A stretch of 62,911 bases of DNA, filler included, from Halocafeteria seosinensis (GCA_001687465.1; 5 parts of 5 records of this genome joined end to end with filler, not necessarily neighbours in it); one strand, 5' to 3'. Shown: positions 25,413 to 37,354, counted from the whole stretch's first letter. Program-made: numbers and translations. The notes: a model not told the origin generated them from the sequence alone.

Positions 25413-26205
25413 GTACCCCCAAGAAACACAAAGGTATTTGGCTCCTATATTGCCTCGCCATCGGCCATCAACTGATAAAGAATGGCATGGATAATCTCTT
25501 GTTCGCTCGTTATAAAGGGAGCCATGCAAGGGCGAGGAAGTCGAGAACCGGAAACTGAGAAACACTGCAAACGGGAGGATCCAATGACGTCATGAAAACT
25601 TGAATGGTAACGATGAATGATCGTTCTATGTAATGATGACTGATTGGTGGATGTCATGAGTGCGGAAACGACGAATAGACTACAACGGAAACACTGTACG
25701 CGGCGTTGTCGGTTGTCCCATGCACAGCTCCAACAGTCGCGGGTGGACGAGGAGGTATACAGTCTGGTTTTTCCGGATCTTCCCTGCTCATGAATCATCC
25801 GTTTCCGAAGTCTAGCCCTTAACATAGTTTCTAGTTTCTTCATGGACCTTAACGTATTCATGTATCATTCTATTTCCGTCAGACAGCTCTTAACCTAGTT
25901 TCTAGGATCTCTATTGCACAAACGCAGGACCATGTGATCTTAGTTTGACGTTGGTATGAGCAGAATTAATCGGCGCGTGCTCAACACCTTTTAAACCAAC
26001 GGTAATTAAACAATGCTACAGCCATTTCTCCGTGATCCTCAAAGTAAATTCACAAACAAACAACCCTGAGTCACCGACTCCAATAAATTGCAGTCCAGCT
26101 GGGCAGTCCGGCCTCGTCTGCTCACTAGTAGCGATGGATTTAACCCTGCAGGGTTGCCAACTGTAGCAGCTGAGAATTATATCGACATCGGTTACATCTG
26201 AGACA

Positions 26206-27786
26206 CTATAAGCCTGTTTCCAGACATTTGTGCACAGTCTTCTGAGCTAAAGCAAGGCGTGCTGATATTTCACCACTAACAAAACGAATAACATCTTTAC
26301 TCCCTACATCCGATCCTTGCGACACGCCTACATTGTTAATAGAAGCGTGGCAGTTGCTCATATTCCTGGATAGAATCTCCCCCATCAATTCCACTCCTAC
26401 TAACCCTCTCTTGTGCATTATTCTTGGCATCGTCGCAAACCATTGATCATTGACCAATGCCTCTTCAAACGATTTCTTCCAGCCTGTTGAAGAACTAAGG
26501 AATGCATTTAGAGTATTCGTGTGTCGCACAAGCTTAACCAGTTCGCAGATTGGGCGTTCAGAATTTTCTAAGACAGGACACGCACGTTTTCCCATTTTGC
26601 CGCGAAATACTTCGATCGGATATAACATGCCCTCAAGATATTTTTCTTGGTCGCACATGTAGTTGTGGTCATGAAACGACCATGCTCCATTATCAGCGGC
26701 CACGACTTTGTCGCCTTCTCGGAACCAGTTCTTTGTCATGTGCCGATCCGTATTGAGTAGAAAGTAATCCAACAGAGCGAGTTTGAATACATCTTTCATA
26801 AATGTAATGTCTCTTTTAGAGCATTTGGATCTGTACCAAGATATTGCTTCGGGGATAAACTTTTCCGAGCGCATCAAAGCACCTGTAAGCACTCTATCAT
26901 TATTATAAGTAAACACACATCGCGCTGCGACGCGGCTTGCCCTCCCTGGAAAAAGTGCATCCATGGGTAGCATAAAACCTATCGTGGGATACGTTAGCTC
27001 AAACCCTAATGCTTTGTCTAGCTCATGGCCAACAATTTCAGGCCACTCTTGTCTTCCCCAGAAGTAACTGAGAGTTGGACGACACGAGAGTTTGAAAAAG
27101 TACTGCCCACAATTAGGGATTACCAGACGAAGCACATGTAGACTCGGTCTCCAATCAACAATTATCTTTCTCCTCAACCTAGAAGGGAGCTTCTCTTCTG
27201 ATTCAGCATACGACTTGTATTCTGCAAGCACTTTGCATCCCAACGGACCATCAGTCCCCACAGGCATATCCTTAGCGAGCTCCTCCTTCGAGGGAAAATC
27301 TGTATCAGCTTGTTTGGGTTTACTTGTATCCTTTTTCGCGGGCGGTTTCCGTATCGGTTTGCGCGGAGGACTTCTGCGGGTGGGCGGTGTCCTTGGTCTC
27401 CTAAATCTCGCCCTCGAGTAAGAAACACGCTTTTTAACTGAGGGTTTGCTTTTCTTCTTGTCTTCTTTTTCTTTCTTTTCCTCTTCGGCTCCGGAGGAAT
27501 CTCGTGGCGACTTCCCATTTTCCTCCGTGTCAGTTGCTGAAAGAACATCATCCCGGACGGACTCCTTGGTAGAGGCATTGTACGTCCATGATGGCTGCCA
27601 CAAGTACTCGCCCGTCGAGCTTGGTGGTTCAAATTGTACAAATGTAGCGTAAAAGCCCACTGACAAAAGGACAAGGAGAGCACAAATTAAGGCAGCAACG
27701 TACAGAGAACGGCGAGTGATTTTGGGCGGAGCGTCCCCATTCACGCAAGGAGTCTGTTTCTGCAGTTTACTAGCCGATGCCGGCAT
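26206..27786 (-). CDS. Type II membrane secretory-pathway kinase (Fam20/Four-jointed-like)
   Basis: N-terminal TM helix and stem. Motifs EIVGHELDKALG, DYFLLNTDRH and ADNG match Fam20-family catalytic motifs. Confidence 0.7.
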   Translation of the reverse strand: MPASASKLQKQTPCVNGDAPPKITRRSLYVAALICALLVLLSVGFYATFVQFEPPSSTGEYLWQPSWTYNASTKESVRDDVLSATDTEENGKSPRDSSGAEEEKKEKEDKKKSKPSVKKRVSYSRARFRRPRTPPTRRSPPRKPIRKPPAKKDTSKPKQADTDFPSKEELAKDMPVGTDGPLGCKVLAEYKSYAESEEKLPSRLRRKIIVDWRPSLHVLRLVIPNCGQYFFKLSCRPTLSYFWGRQEWPEIVGHELDKALGFELTYPTIGFMLPMDALFPGRASRVAARCVFTYNNDRVLTGALMRSEKFIPEAISWYRSKCSKRDITFMKDVFKLALLDYFLLNTDRHMTKNWFREGDKVVAADNGAWSFHDHNYMCDQEKYLEGMLYPIEVFRGKMGKRACPVLENSERPICELVKLVRHTNTLNAFLSSSTGWKKSFEEALVNDQWFATMPRIMHKRGLVGVELMGEILSRNMSNCHASINNVGVSQGSDVGSKDVIRFVSGEISARLALAQKTVHKCLETGL

Positions 27787-28464
27787 ACTAGAAGAGTATT
27801 TGCACTACCTCATCCAAGTTCTCCCAGCCCTAAACGCATGCTATGCGTTTGTACACTACATATATGTATGCGACCGGGGGTCCAAAACTGTCTGGTCCTC
27901 CTCACTTAGCACAGCACGAAGATGGGCGTTTAGAGACCTTATGTGAACGAAACTATATTGATTCAACAATGCCCTATTTACATGATTAATCAACAACACT
28001 CATTAATTTCATGATCTTGGTCCAAGAATTAACCTTCTCGCTCACGTGTTGCGACCCACTGGTTGCGAACTGATACCGGTATTAGTTACTGAATTATTCT
28101 GAATGTCAATCGTGAGCGGAAAAGGCTACCAGTCGCACAGCCATCTCAACACTGAAATACTTGCTTGTTGGGCTCGCCCTCATTCATTTTCTGCCTGGTT
28201 GATTCGTTGGAGATGGCGAACCGGGGTGACAGATGAGGCCACATGTGCCAACCAAACTGGTCAACCGTGGGTGACTTGCACTTTGCCACGTCTACCAGTA
28301 CCCGGGTAGAATTAGAATAGAAATATCGCGGTTGGCATGGTTCTTGCTTCTTTCCCATGGTCTTTCGATGTTTCTTTCATGGACGCTCGTCGGTCTTCAT
28401 CTGGTCACGTCTCGCCAGCTTGACAGCTTGACAGATACAGTTTAAGTTGTATCATAGTGTTGTG

Positions 28465-28575
28465 ATTTGTGTGGGGTTCGAGGTGTGGGGTTTTGTGTGG
28501 GGTCACCGGAAAATGTGGATGTACAATGAAATTTTGTGTGGGGTCAACGTCAAAAAATGTGGGGTATGCAACAAT
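28465..28575. repeat. Cluster of TGTGGGG(T) repeats, related to 29783-29842
   Basis: TGTGTGGGGTCAACGTCAAAAAATGTGGGGT here versus TGTGTGGGGTCGACGCTAAAAAATGTGGGGT at about 29785. Confidence 0.7.
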
Positions 28576-29904
28576 TTTCCACAAAATTGTTGCCGAAGCA
28601 AGAAAGAAGCCTGTAATGCAGCCCATTCAGATTCTTTGGAAGGCTGATATACATATTGACAAACCCCCTGTCGGCGGAGACATCTAGTTCGCGACAAAAA
28701 CGTCCATGGAGGTCGCCTATGTAACTCGAAGTCCTCTTGTTTCATCGCGATGACATATAAAGCAAGTTCTACAAAAGCTGATGCAGCTGTCTAAGTGTCT
28801 ACGAGCTTCTTAATTTCCTTCAGGGCTTTATGGGAGTATGTCAGTTGCTGAACATGCCGTCAGAACTTCTCCGAAAGCAGGAAACACTAGTAAACGTAAG
28901 GGAAACCCTACAGTGCTCACAGTGAAGCCGATTATAAGAGGTATCTGCACTTTTCAAAGCATCCGATGTTGTCTTCCTTGTGGGCAGATAGGTTAATGAT
29001 TTGCTCTTTTGCATATGCTCGTTATACTGTTTCTCCAATTTTCTCAGATCATGGAAGTATCTGCACCTCGACGTGGAATTGTGTGGTAGGATACTCCAAG
29101 TACTCACACTACTCGCGTCCAAGTCAATAATACATTTTCTAGGTATTTTCTCACCAGTGCAATATAGTTAACACCAATTGCTCCGTGTGTGCACAGTTGA
29201 CGAGCCGATCATTCGTCAGTCCACATCTTCCAGGGGAAATTCTGAGTAGGAAACGGGTCCTCGAGGCCTTCATGTTAGCCCACGATGACACATACTGAAC
29301 TCTTACGCTATGATTTGTCTTCACTATCCATGAAAAGCGTTATGGAAGAGTATATGTATCCTGAAATCCCAGAATTGCACCCCGAACGCTTCCAGCGTCG
29401 CGTTGTCCACGTGGAAAATTTCGGCGGTTAGGCCTACATAACTTCACCGTCACTGTGAATAATGACACAAATTCCATACTCATAATAGATTAGGACACTG
29501 CCAATATAATGGTGATACCAGAATTTCCATTTTCGTCTTTAAATATTGTATTATCATCGTCTTCTTGTTGAAGGGTACGGTCTGCAGTGGCGACCTCCGC
29601 CTCTCCGGTCCCTGCTATACAAGCAGTCGCTAGCGCAACATGACCAAAAATGGTCCCAAAAGACGTATTTATTTATACTGTAATCTAGAATCCAAGGATA
29701 TATCATTACAATGCTTGTAGCACTATATATATGGCTCTACAAGTTGAAATTTGCTGGAGGAAAATTAACGGTCTTTTTTGGAATTGTGTGGGGTCGACGC
29801 TAAAAAATGTGGGGTTTACCCCACATTTTTGTGTGGGGTCAAAGTGCGGAACACCAAAATCACATCCCTGACCGGAAACAATTGGAGCTTCTCTAGGTGC
29901 CTGG

Positions 29905-30046
29905 GTGGCGTACAAGAAATACTACAGAGCTTGCAACCTGTTTATCGACAACTTAGCAGTGGTTAATGCGATACGTGAAAGGAATTTCGAACGACTAGTA
30001 AACTTTGATCCTCATGCTGGTGCCCTGCTAAACGAACTCAATGATC
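29905..30046 (+). repeat. Coding-derived repeat fragment, homologous to 4597-4785, cut by the contig end
   Basis: Protein-level similarity to ORF 4597-4785. Confidence 0.75.
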
Positions 30047-30146
30047 NNNNNNNNNNNNNNNNNNNNNNNNNNNNNNNNNNNNNNNNNNNNTTAATTAATT
30101 AANNNNNNNNNNNNNNNNNNNNNNNNNNNNNNNNNNNNNNNNNNNN
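30047..30146. other. Artificial contig spacer
   Basis: N44-TTAATTAATTAA-N44. Confidence 0.98.
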
Positions 30147-30850
30147 TGATCCGAAATATGCGGCTCATGTTGCATAGTAGCAACGCTTCTTACTTTGCAC
30201 TCTTCTGACACAAGGATTAGGTCCTTCCTGCTATACACGGTTCCATTCTTTGTCTGCTGTTCATGCGTGTAGCCTTTATTTACCACCCTGTAGTGAGTGT
30301 CTAATAAAAAGTTGCGAAGTACCCCTGATGGTGTTCCCACTCCATGTTCGGTAGTCCCATCATTATTGATTCTTATCATGTCTGTTGTTTCCATATGCGC
30401 GTTGAAATCTCCTGCCACTATTGTCTGAGCATTTCTACCTCGAATTGCTGTGTACAATGTTCGAGCCATACTCCTTGGCTTATTGAGGGAGTTGGTAGGT
30501 GCATATATGTTAATGATATTGCAGCATAGGTAGCTTCCCCGCATTCTTAGCGTAATTGACCTCCCTCCTTTTGGTCTATCAATCTTTACCACGTATTTGG
30601 CCACACTCTTTGTCACTATCGCACCGACATCTGCCTGCTTCGTTTTGTCATTGTTGAGATTGGCGTACAGCCTGTATCCTCGCTTTTGTGCTTTGTTTTT
30701 GTACTTGTCAAATACAGCATGACAATTTGTTCGAGTCGCAACGTTCAATTCTTGCAACAGTAGCACGTCGAACGTTGCCATGTCCAAAATTTCATCTAGC
30801 TTGTTTTCACTCAGAGTTCGACAATTGTATGTACCTATCCTCAACCTCAT
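30147..30850 (-). mobile_element. Non-LTR retrotransposon ORF2, APE endonuclease domain (truncated by contig end)
   Basis: Motifs IGTYNCRTL, LLLQE, INIYAP, IVAGDFNA, DLIL and terminal SD(H). Confidence 0.93.
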
Positions 30851-30872
30851 TTCTGGAGCAGTAAGTCAGTTT

Positions 30873-32645
30873 TTACTGGTGGCTCATTTCCATCGCTTCA
30901 TCCGTGTCTGAATAATTCACATCACTGTGCCTTCGTCTCTTTCGAACAGTTCGCTTCTCGGACATCAGGCTTTTGTAAAACTTCTCTGTTTGGTCAACAA
31001 TATCGGTGAAAGATTCAGCGCGTTGTTCTGGAGCATACTGCACTTGTTCCTCATTTTGCAGCTGCAGTATGTTGTTGTGTGGCGCATTTCTGTCCAAGAA
31101 TCTTTGGTGAAAAACATCCGTTACCGATGATAGTGCCTTGAAGTTTTCCTGTTCTTCTTCACTTGCTTCAGAATAGACACGCTCTAATAACTCCTCGTCA
31201 TTGACCAATACTAGGAGCTTTGGGCACTTCACTGCATGGTGTACATCCCCACAATGATGGCACATCTTTCCTTTGTCCACTGTCCAGTCCACATGTAGCC
31301 CATGCTTTTCTCAAATTGCTCGTTGACCCTGCTCAAATGTGATTCTGTTGAAATAAGCTTCCAAAGGAATCAACCGGTTACCATTGAAATCACATTCCAA
31401 AGTGTCTTCTCCGTGAAGCTGGTTCCCAATGACACGAAACACTTTCCTCATTACGTCGTCCAATTGGGTGAATCCTAAGTCTCGGTTGCAAATAAAGTGA
31501 TGTTGTATGAGGTTCAACCGTTTTGGAGCCGGTTTCCCCCAAGCACCCAGGGTCATGCCGGCGTATGCCGGGCCTATTGTTTCATCTTTCTCCAACAAGG
31601 CAGCCAGAGAAAATCCGTCCTCTTTTTGTTTTCCTCTTCTCTCCTTGTTTTGGAAGACAAACGTAAACGTGGAGTTCTGATTGTTGAGATTAACTGAACC
31701 AATCGATCCCTTGTACGCCCTTGAATAATTTCCATTGGAGCTCTGTATTGTGAAAGATGCCCCCGTTTTACGAGCAAGAACCGCCTCAAAGAATTCAAAG
31801 TTTGCGGGAAAACTCCTCCCGCCCGCAGTAATTTCGAACTCCCTCGGCATTGACGTCTCATCCCCATTGATCAACATTTTCCATTGTTGTGCTTCTAAGC
31901 TTGGCAATACCGTGTAATTCGACAGCACAATAATTTCTCTCATTTCCCGAAAAGTTGGAGTTTTCGACGGAAACACAACGCGAGAGCGTCCCGCTGGAGC
32001 GACTACAGACGGGGTCTGCTCCATTACAAAGACGCCTTTCCCAAGCTTGTCATTGGTTTTCTCGACTGCTTCTGCGAGCTGCGCGAGGTCCCCGAATGGA
32101 ATTTTGAAGAATATCGCGAATCTTCCATTCGGAAGTTCAGAAACATTGCTTTCTAGATGGTTGACACTTTCAAAGTTCTTCATTACTGCAAGCCGTTCAA
32201 CAGTGGACAATGAGATGGTTGCCACCACATTAACCTGGGTCAAGGTTTTCCGCCGTTCAAGCGCATCCAAGTCCACCGGAGACCCATCTTGATCACGCGC
32301 TTCCTCATTCACTTTCGCTTTCAGACGGGTCATTTCTTCCTTGATGTTGCGGTTTGTCCATGCGTTTCCAACCCCAGTTCCCGAAACAGTTTTGCTCTTT
32401 CCCAATGGTGGGAATTCATCCTTCGGAGGTTTTTGTTTAGGATTCCCGCGATCCGGAGGTTTACGGTTCCACACGCTTCCAGCCTTCCGGTTCCCCGTAC
32501 CAGCCGCCGATCCAGGGCCAGAGCCCGGACCGGGATCTGGTTGCCCGGCCGGAGAGCCTTCGGTGTCAGCACGACCAGAAAACGCGCGTTTTCCGTTAGA
32601 CGCTGGCTGAAAGATGGACTGTATGATGTCTTGTTGCTGCATCAT
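30873..32645 (-). mobile_element. Non-LTR retrotransposon ORF1 (gag-like) with CCHC knuckle, interrupted by one in-frame TGA at 31311-31313
   Basis: ORFs 31311-32645 and 30873-31292 are in the same frame. The knuckle reads CHHCGDVHHAVKC. It ends 22 nt before the APE ORF start. Confidence 0.8.
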
Positions 32646-32793
32646 TTTGTCCCTCCCACTAATTACGCAATACTACGAAGCCCACGTAATCGTCAGGGTG
32701 CTGGCAAATATTAACGTACACGGTTTATCGCGAAAACCAGACGCAAACTCTACGCAACTGATGCGAGACGCTCGCAGTACTAACAATCCATTA

Positions 32794-32834
32794 GAACTGC
32801 CCGAACTGCCCGAACTGCCCGAACNGGGTTAGGG
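32794..32834. repeat. (GAACTGCCC)3 tandem repeat followed by telomere-like GGGTTAGGG at the contig end
   Basis: Directly visible. Only about 1.5 telomeric units, after an ambiguous base. Confidence 0.6.
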
Positions 32835-32934
32835 NNNNNNNNNNNNNNNNNNNNNNNNNNNNNNNNNNNNNNNNNNNNTTAATTAATTAANNNNNNNNNN
32901 NNNNNNNNNNNNNNNNNNNNNNNNNNNNNNNNNN
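32835..32934. other. Artificial contig spacer
   Basis: N44-TTAATTAATTAA-N44. Confidence 0.98.
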
Positions 32935-34064
32935 GTTCAAAACTATACAGAATACGACTTCAACAAAAGCAACGGGCAAACTACTTTTTCATGTTATTCT
33001 GCCACTTTACGACACTTTGCTAACAGCATTTACATCAATTCTACCGGTGAAAGCTTCATTATACCCATATCGTTGTATATACTGTACTTGGAGTGCTTCC
33101 GATACGTGTATTTCCGATAATCATGGCAGCAAGGTCTCCAACCGAGGTACGTGTTGCTGAACTTGAGAATTTAGCGTCCCTGTTTAGGATGATGGAGTGT
33201 ACAAACGCTAAGCCGGATACGGCAAAGCAAAGTCAATAACATTTCTCACCTTTTATTCTGAACAGAGTTCCCAAGAGGGACAGACGGCTGCTGTGGAAGA
33301 TCGAGGACATCCTGCCAGCGAGGTACTTCTGCTTGAAATATGCAGCGAGGTGAAATGCTTAATATGCTCTCTCGTATGAGTACACAGCAATCGTCTGAGG
33401 ATACCTGTCAAATTGAACCGTCGTTGGAAGCATATGGCGAAGCACTGCACGAAGTATGTACCCAGATTGTGCCAATCCGTAGTGCTGCTCGGCCTACTAC
33501 CCTTTTCCAAATATAACAGGAAGAATTGGGTTTGGTTGTGAGCTTACCACAAACATTGGCACCAACATTGGACTCTATTTTCCCTCTCCCTGAATCCGCT
33601 GAAGATCGAGCGATGTTTTACAAGCTTTGCCAACAACGACCTGCGTATATTGATGAAAAATCGTTCTGCGACTTAGTCAACAAGGTCATGGGCCCGATAC
33701 GAACGAAGCAGGAGCTAATTGGGAAGGCCGCATTAACTCGCGTGATCCTACGGCTGTATAAAACCTTCGCCTACTCTCGAAGCGGCGTGAAGGAATACCT
33801 AACGGAAGCTGGCACTCTCTTGGGGATAATCCAAACGCTGACGTATACGACGAGGATGAAACGGCTAGCCCATGGAAAAGCGTCTCGAGCTTACGGACTG
33901 CAAAATACGATTAACTTCACTAACAACGGTTATGTTGGCGTCATTGTTTTTCGGTTGCATATTCTTGAACGAGGTACAAGGTAGTAGCAACAGATTTACG
34001 ACCTGCGATTCTAAATGGAACTGAATCCTGCTTCCACTATAAAGCGGCTCAACACCAGTTTGAA

Positions 34065-35334
34065 ATGAACTGTAATGTGTTGGTTTGGGGTGATCATGGC
34101 TATACGAACCAAGATTATATTTCGTTGGGTGAGACGTTCGACGTTGGTCGGCAAAATGGGCACATTATAGATCTGAACGGAATAACGGATTTCCAAGGAT
34201 TGTTCACGATACTGGACGGTGTTACATCATTTGCTCAAGCTCCATTGATCCGGAATCTTGCTATTAGGAATGGGGAAACTGCACGCAGAGGTGGATTTAT
34301 TGTCCAACAAGAGAAGAAATTCTTTATCATAGATTCAGGAGATATTGCTGGCAATGGCTGGTCGTGGTATACATGTATGTGGTTTTCGAAGTGGTCTTGA
34401 TAATGGTCAAATTAAGATATCGAATTCGTATTCGGCAGGGAGGGTACTGGGCAGACTTGCAGGTGGTATTGCAGGAGTTCATGTTGGATACAATCATGGG
34501 ATTGCCAATATCACGGATTGCCATTCCACTGGAACTATTGAAGGACAAGAATTAGATGGTATCTGTAGAAACGGTGCTGGTTTTTCGAATGGTCAAGTGT
34601 ATATAACTCACAGGAGATATCATTCTTGCTAGTTCAAACAGTGGTGGTATTGTGGGCAGCAATGCTGGTCTTGACAATGGATTCGTCTTAATCAAGGAAT
34701 GTTATAGTATGGGACAAATATCTGCAGACTGTAGTGGAGGGATTAGCGGCGATGATACAGCAGATCGTGAGGGTGAAGTCCATATCATAGCTTGCTATGC
34801 ACGAGGTGAAAAACAGGAGGTATTACAGGGGAGAGGACAGGAGGGGAACCAAACCATCCTACAGGAGATGTCTACATCACAAATACGTATGCATCGGGTA
34901 CAGTCGCGGGTAGGGATGCTGGTGGGATTATAGGACAGATAGGGGGTGGTGCAAGTGGTACTATTCACGTGAAATACTCAGTATACAATGGAAATGGAGG
35001 AACCGAGACTACCGGTATAGTTGGAGTGAATGGTGGTAGTAATCTTGCAGAGACAAACAATACAGATGATTTGACGGGCATACGGGGACAACTGTATCAA
35101 CTGGGAGGGTGGTCGGATGACGTATGGGCTTTAGATAGAGGAGAAAGTGACGACACAGAGAATCTGCTGCCAATTCTACGATTTCAAGTAGCACCGTCAT
35201 CTACTCCTTCACCCATGTCGACGCCTTCAGCGACAACGACAAGGTCGGAGACTCCTTCAAGCAGCTTTACCCCTTCTGGGAGTGCCACTCCATCGTTGTC
35301 GCACAGCCGCCCGCCGTCGGTGGGGTCAAGATAA
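34065..35334 (+). pseudogene. Fragmented GLUG-motif surface protein with Ser/Thr/Pro stalk
   Basis: Repeated GGIAG/GGIVG/GGISG...ISNSYSAG/ECYSMG units spread across several frames with stops. Followed by a PSSTPS stalk. Confidence 0.6.
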
Positions 35335-35361
35335 GCGCCGCAACGAAGAAGCGGATTCAAC

Positions 35362-36392
35362 GTGAAGCGTCAAATATTTTACTCCGAGAACGAAGAGCGT
35401 ACCGTGATCTCGTTTTTCGAGAGGAATGACTGTAGATATCGAATTGTACCGGACGTTTGCGCATGTTGGTCGTCTCCCGCCATGCAAAAGTCGGCGGAGC
35501 TCTACCAGGATCACTTCGACAGTACACACAACATTCCGATAGACGGTCTTCAATTAAACAAAACGAAGGCACAGCTTTATCAGTTCGTGACGCCGTCAAA
35601 AGAAGGCCAGGTCCTAGTTCTTGTGCAGGCGCTCGCTTATGGAGAAAGCGAGGCTGTAACCACCGTAATCCTGAAGTTCATTCACGAGCTTCTGGGGGCA
35701 GTTCCGCCGGGCGTGATCATCTCAGATGTTGCAGAGGGATTTCGAAAAGCTGTACATGAGGTGTGGCCTCAGGGAATTCATAAGTCATGTGGGTACCATC
35801 TGATTGTCAACTGGAACAAGCGATTCACTAAGTTCCAGAACCGAGACGACGTACTTCCAGGCAAGATCCTACTACGAAAGGCTGCTACTACCATAGACAT
35901 TTTTCAGTCTAAAGGATATTGGGACGAGCTGGAGACGCTTTGTCAGGCAAACTTGTCGGAAAAACATGCAGATTTCATCGAATACTATCGGGATAACTTG
36001 AGCTTTTGGACTCTCGCGGGGATTCCGAAGAGCGTTTACGTGGGTTACTCTTTTGCGAACAGTATCACTGAAGTGCCAACCATATGGTTAAGGGGCAGGA
36101 TATAACCCACGCCACCAGCACGCTTCGAGTAATATACATCGCATGTTCGACTTTCGATCGTTCTGTGATAACCCCAGATGTGATGACGTGTCCGCCTATT
36201 ATCTCCGCAAAACTTGAGGGATCGACGACGCGAAATAGAACGGAGCTGTTGAAAACGCTGAAAGATTGCTCTTCACCAGTAAAATGGGATGGTGTACCCG
36301 ACACCCTAACGAACCGCTTCCTGGAAGTGCTGATACGAAGGTTTAGACTGACCCTGACATCCAGCATTCCCAGAGACTGGCTGGAAAACTAA
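35362..36392 (+). pseudogene. MULE DDE transposase, frameshifted
   Basis: IPIDG...IISDVAEG...CGYHL gives D, D and CxxH. A 1-nt deletion near 36071 splits the motif NSITE-SANHMVK, which carries the catalytic Glu. Confidence 0.85.
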
Positions 36393-36685
36393 GCACCAAG
36401 AACAAACCAGTCAAGCGAAGTCGATCTTCCACCGTCGCCAAGAAGAAATCTTCGAGTCTAGCGACCATTCATAAGGCAGGAAGTTCCGTCCAACAAGTTG
36501 AAAAGAGCGCATCAAGTGTTTCCAAATGTAGCGGCAGGTCAGCCAGCCGCGTTCCAGGAGAGAAGTCGTCGAGGAGAACGTCAACTGGTGTTCCTATTGC
36601 AGCACCTGCTTGTGAAATAGTTTAGAACAGGCCGTCAAGCACTTCGAAACGCAGCTTTGGATCAGGTAAGAGGACAAAGAAGCAT

Positions 36686-36952
36686 GTGGTCGAAAGGTTC
36701 GTCAAGTATGATCCCGCGAAGAAGCGTGTGTCTGTGAAGTGGAAGGGCTACCCAGAAAGCGAAAACTCATGGGAACCCGTTCGTTTCCTTAAGAACGACC
36801 TTTCGGGAACATTCCAGACATTCTGGAAAGCGCTATTTCCTGATGACAAGGGTGTACAGTTGCTGCCTGGTGACGAGAGTAGCGATTGCGACAGTGACAC
36901 TCCTCTCAGTGAGCTGATGCCAGCCAAATCAGCCAAAGTTAGCAAGTGCTAG
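36686..36952 (+). CDS. Chromodomain, downstream of the MULE transposase
   Basis: VERFV...VSVKWKGYPESENSWEPVRFL. Confidence 0.8.
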   Translation: MVERFVKYDPAKKRVSVKWKGYPESENSWEPVRFLKNDLSGTFQTFWKALFPDDKGVQLLPGDESSDCDSDTPLSELMPAKSAKVSKC

Positions 36953-37354
36953 ACAGTTGGACTTCGCCAGACCACACGCTCTTCACAGTCGAAGGACGAA
37001 TTTCCGCTGTTCATTTGTCCGCATCGTATCAGAAATATTAAGAACGCATACTACATGCATATGCGATATACTTGTCGTCCAGATGTGTACTTCCAGGCGC
37101 CTGCTTGTTGGAGGAGTATTGGCAACTTGTTTTTGCCTCTGTACCAAAACACCGCAATGATAGTGAAGCCACTTCACCGTTGATTATCAACATGGTCATG
37201 TTATACAAATTGACCGAAACAAACATGTAATACACGTCGGTTTATGTAAGACTTTGGTACCACCTAGTTTTGTTGAAGTTGAAGTCGTATTCTGTATAGT
37301 ATTGAACTGTACGTTCTGTATAGTTTTGAACTGTACGTTCTGAACAGTTGTCCC

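Larger units (their letters stand above)
32935..37354 (+). mobile_element. Mutator-like (MULE) element bounded by inverted repeats; left end cut by the contig edge
   Basis: 32935-32968 (GTTCAAAACTATACAGAATACGACTTCAACAAAA) is the reverse complement of sequence in 37268-37331. That right-hand copy contains 24-bp tandem units. A MULE transposase remnant lies inside. Confidence 0.6.

Noticed and set aside
25445..25861. 138-aa minus-strand ORF
   Set aside because: No motifs and no clear gene model.
31311..31313. Alternative genetic code (TGA=Trp) for the host
   Set aside because: Conserved genes such as INO1, MYST and CCDC61 use TGG for Trp and show no in-frame TGA in the conserved exons I translated. 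CCDC61 ends in TGA.
37290..37345. 24-bp repeats as a CRISPR array
   Set aside because: Units are tandem without spacers, in eukaryotic transposon context, with no cas genes.
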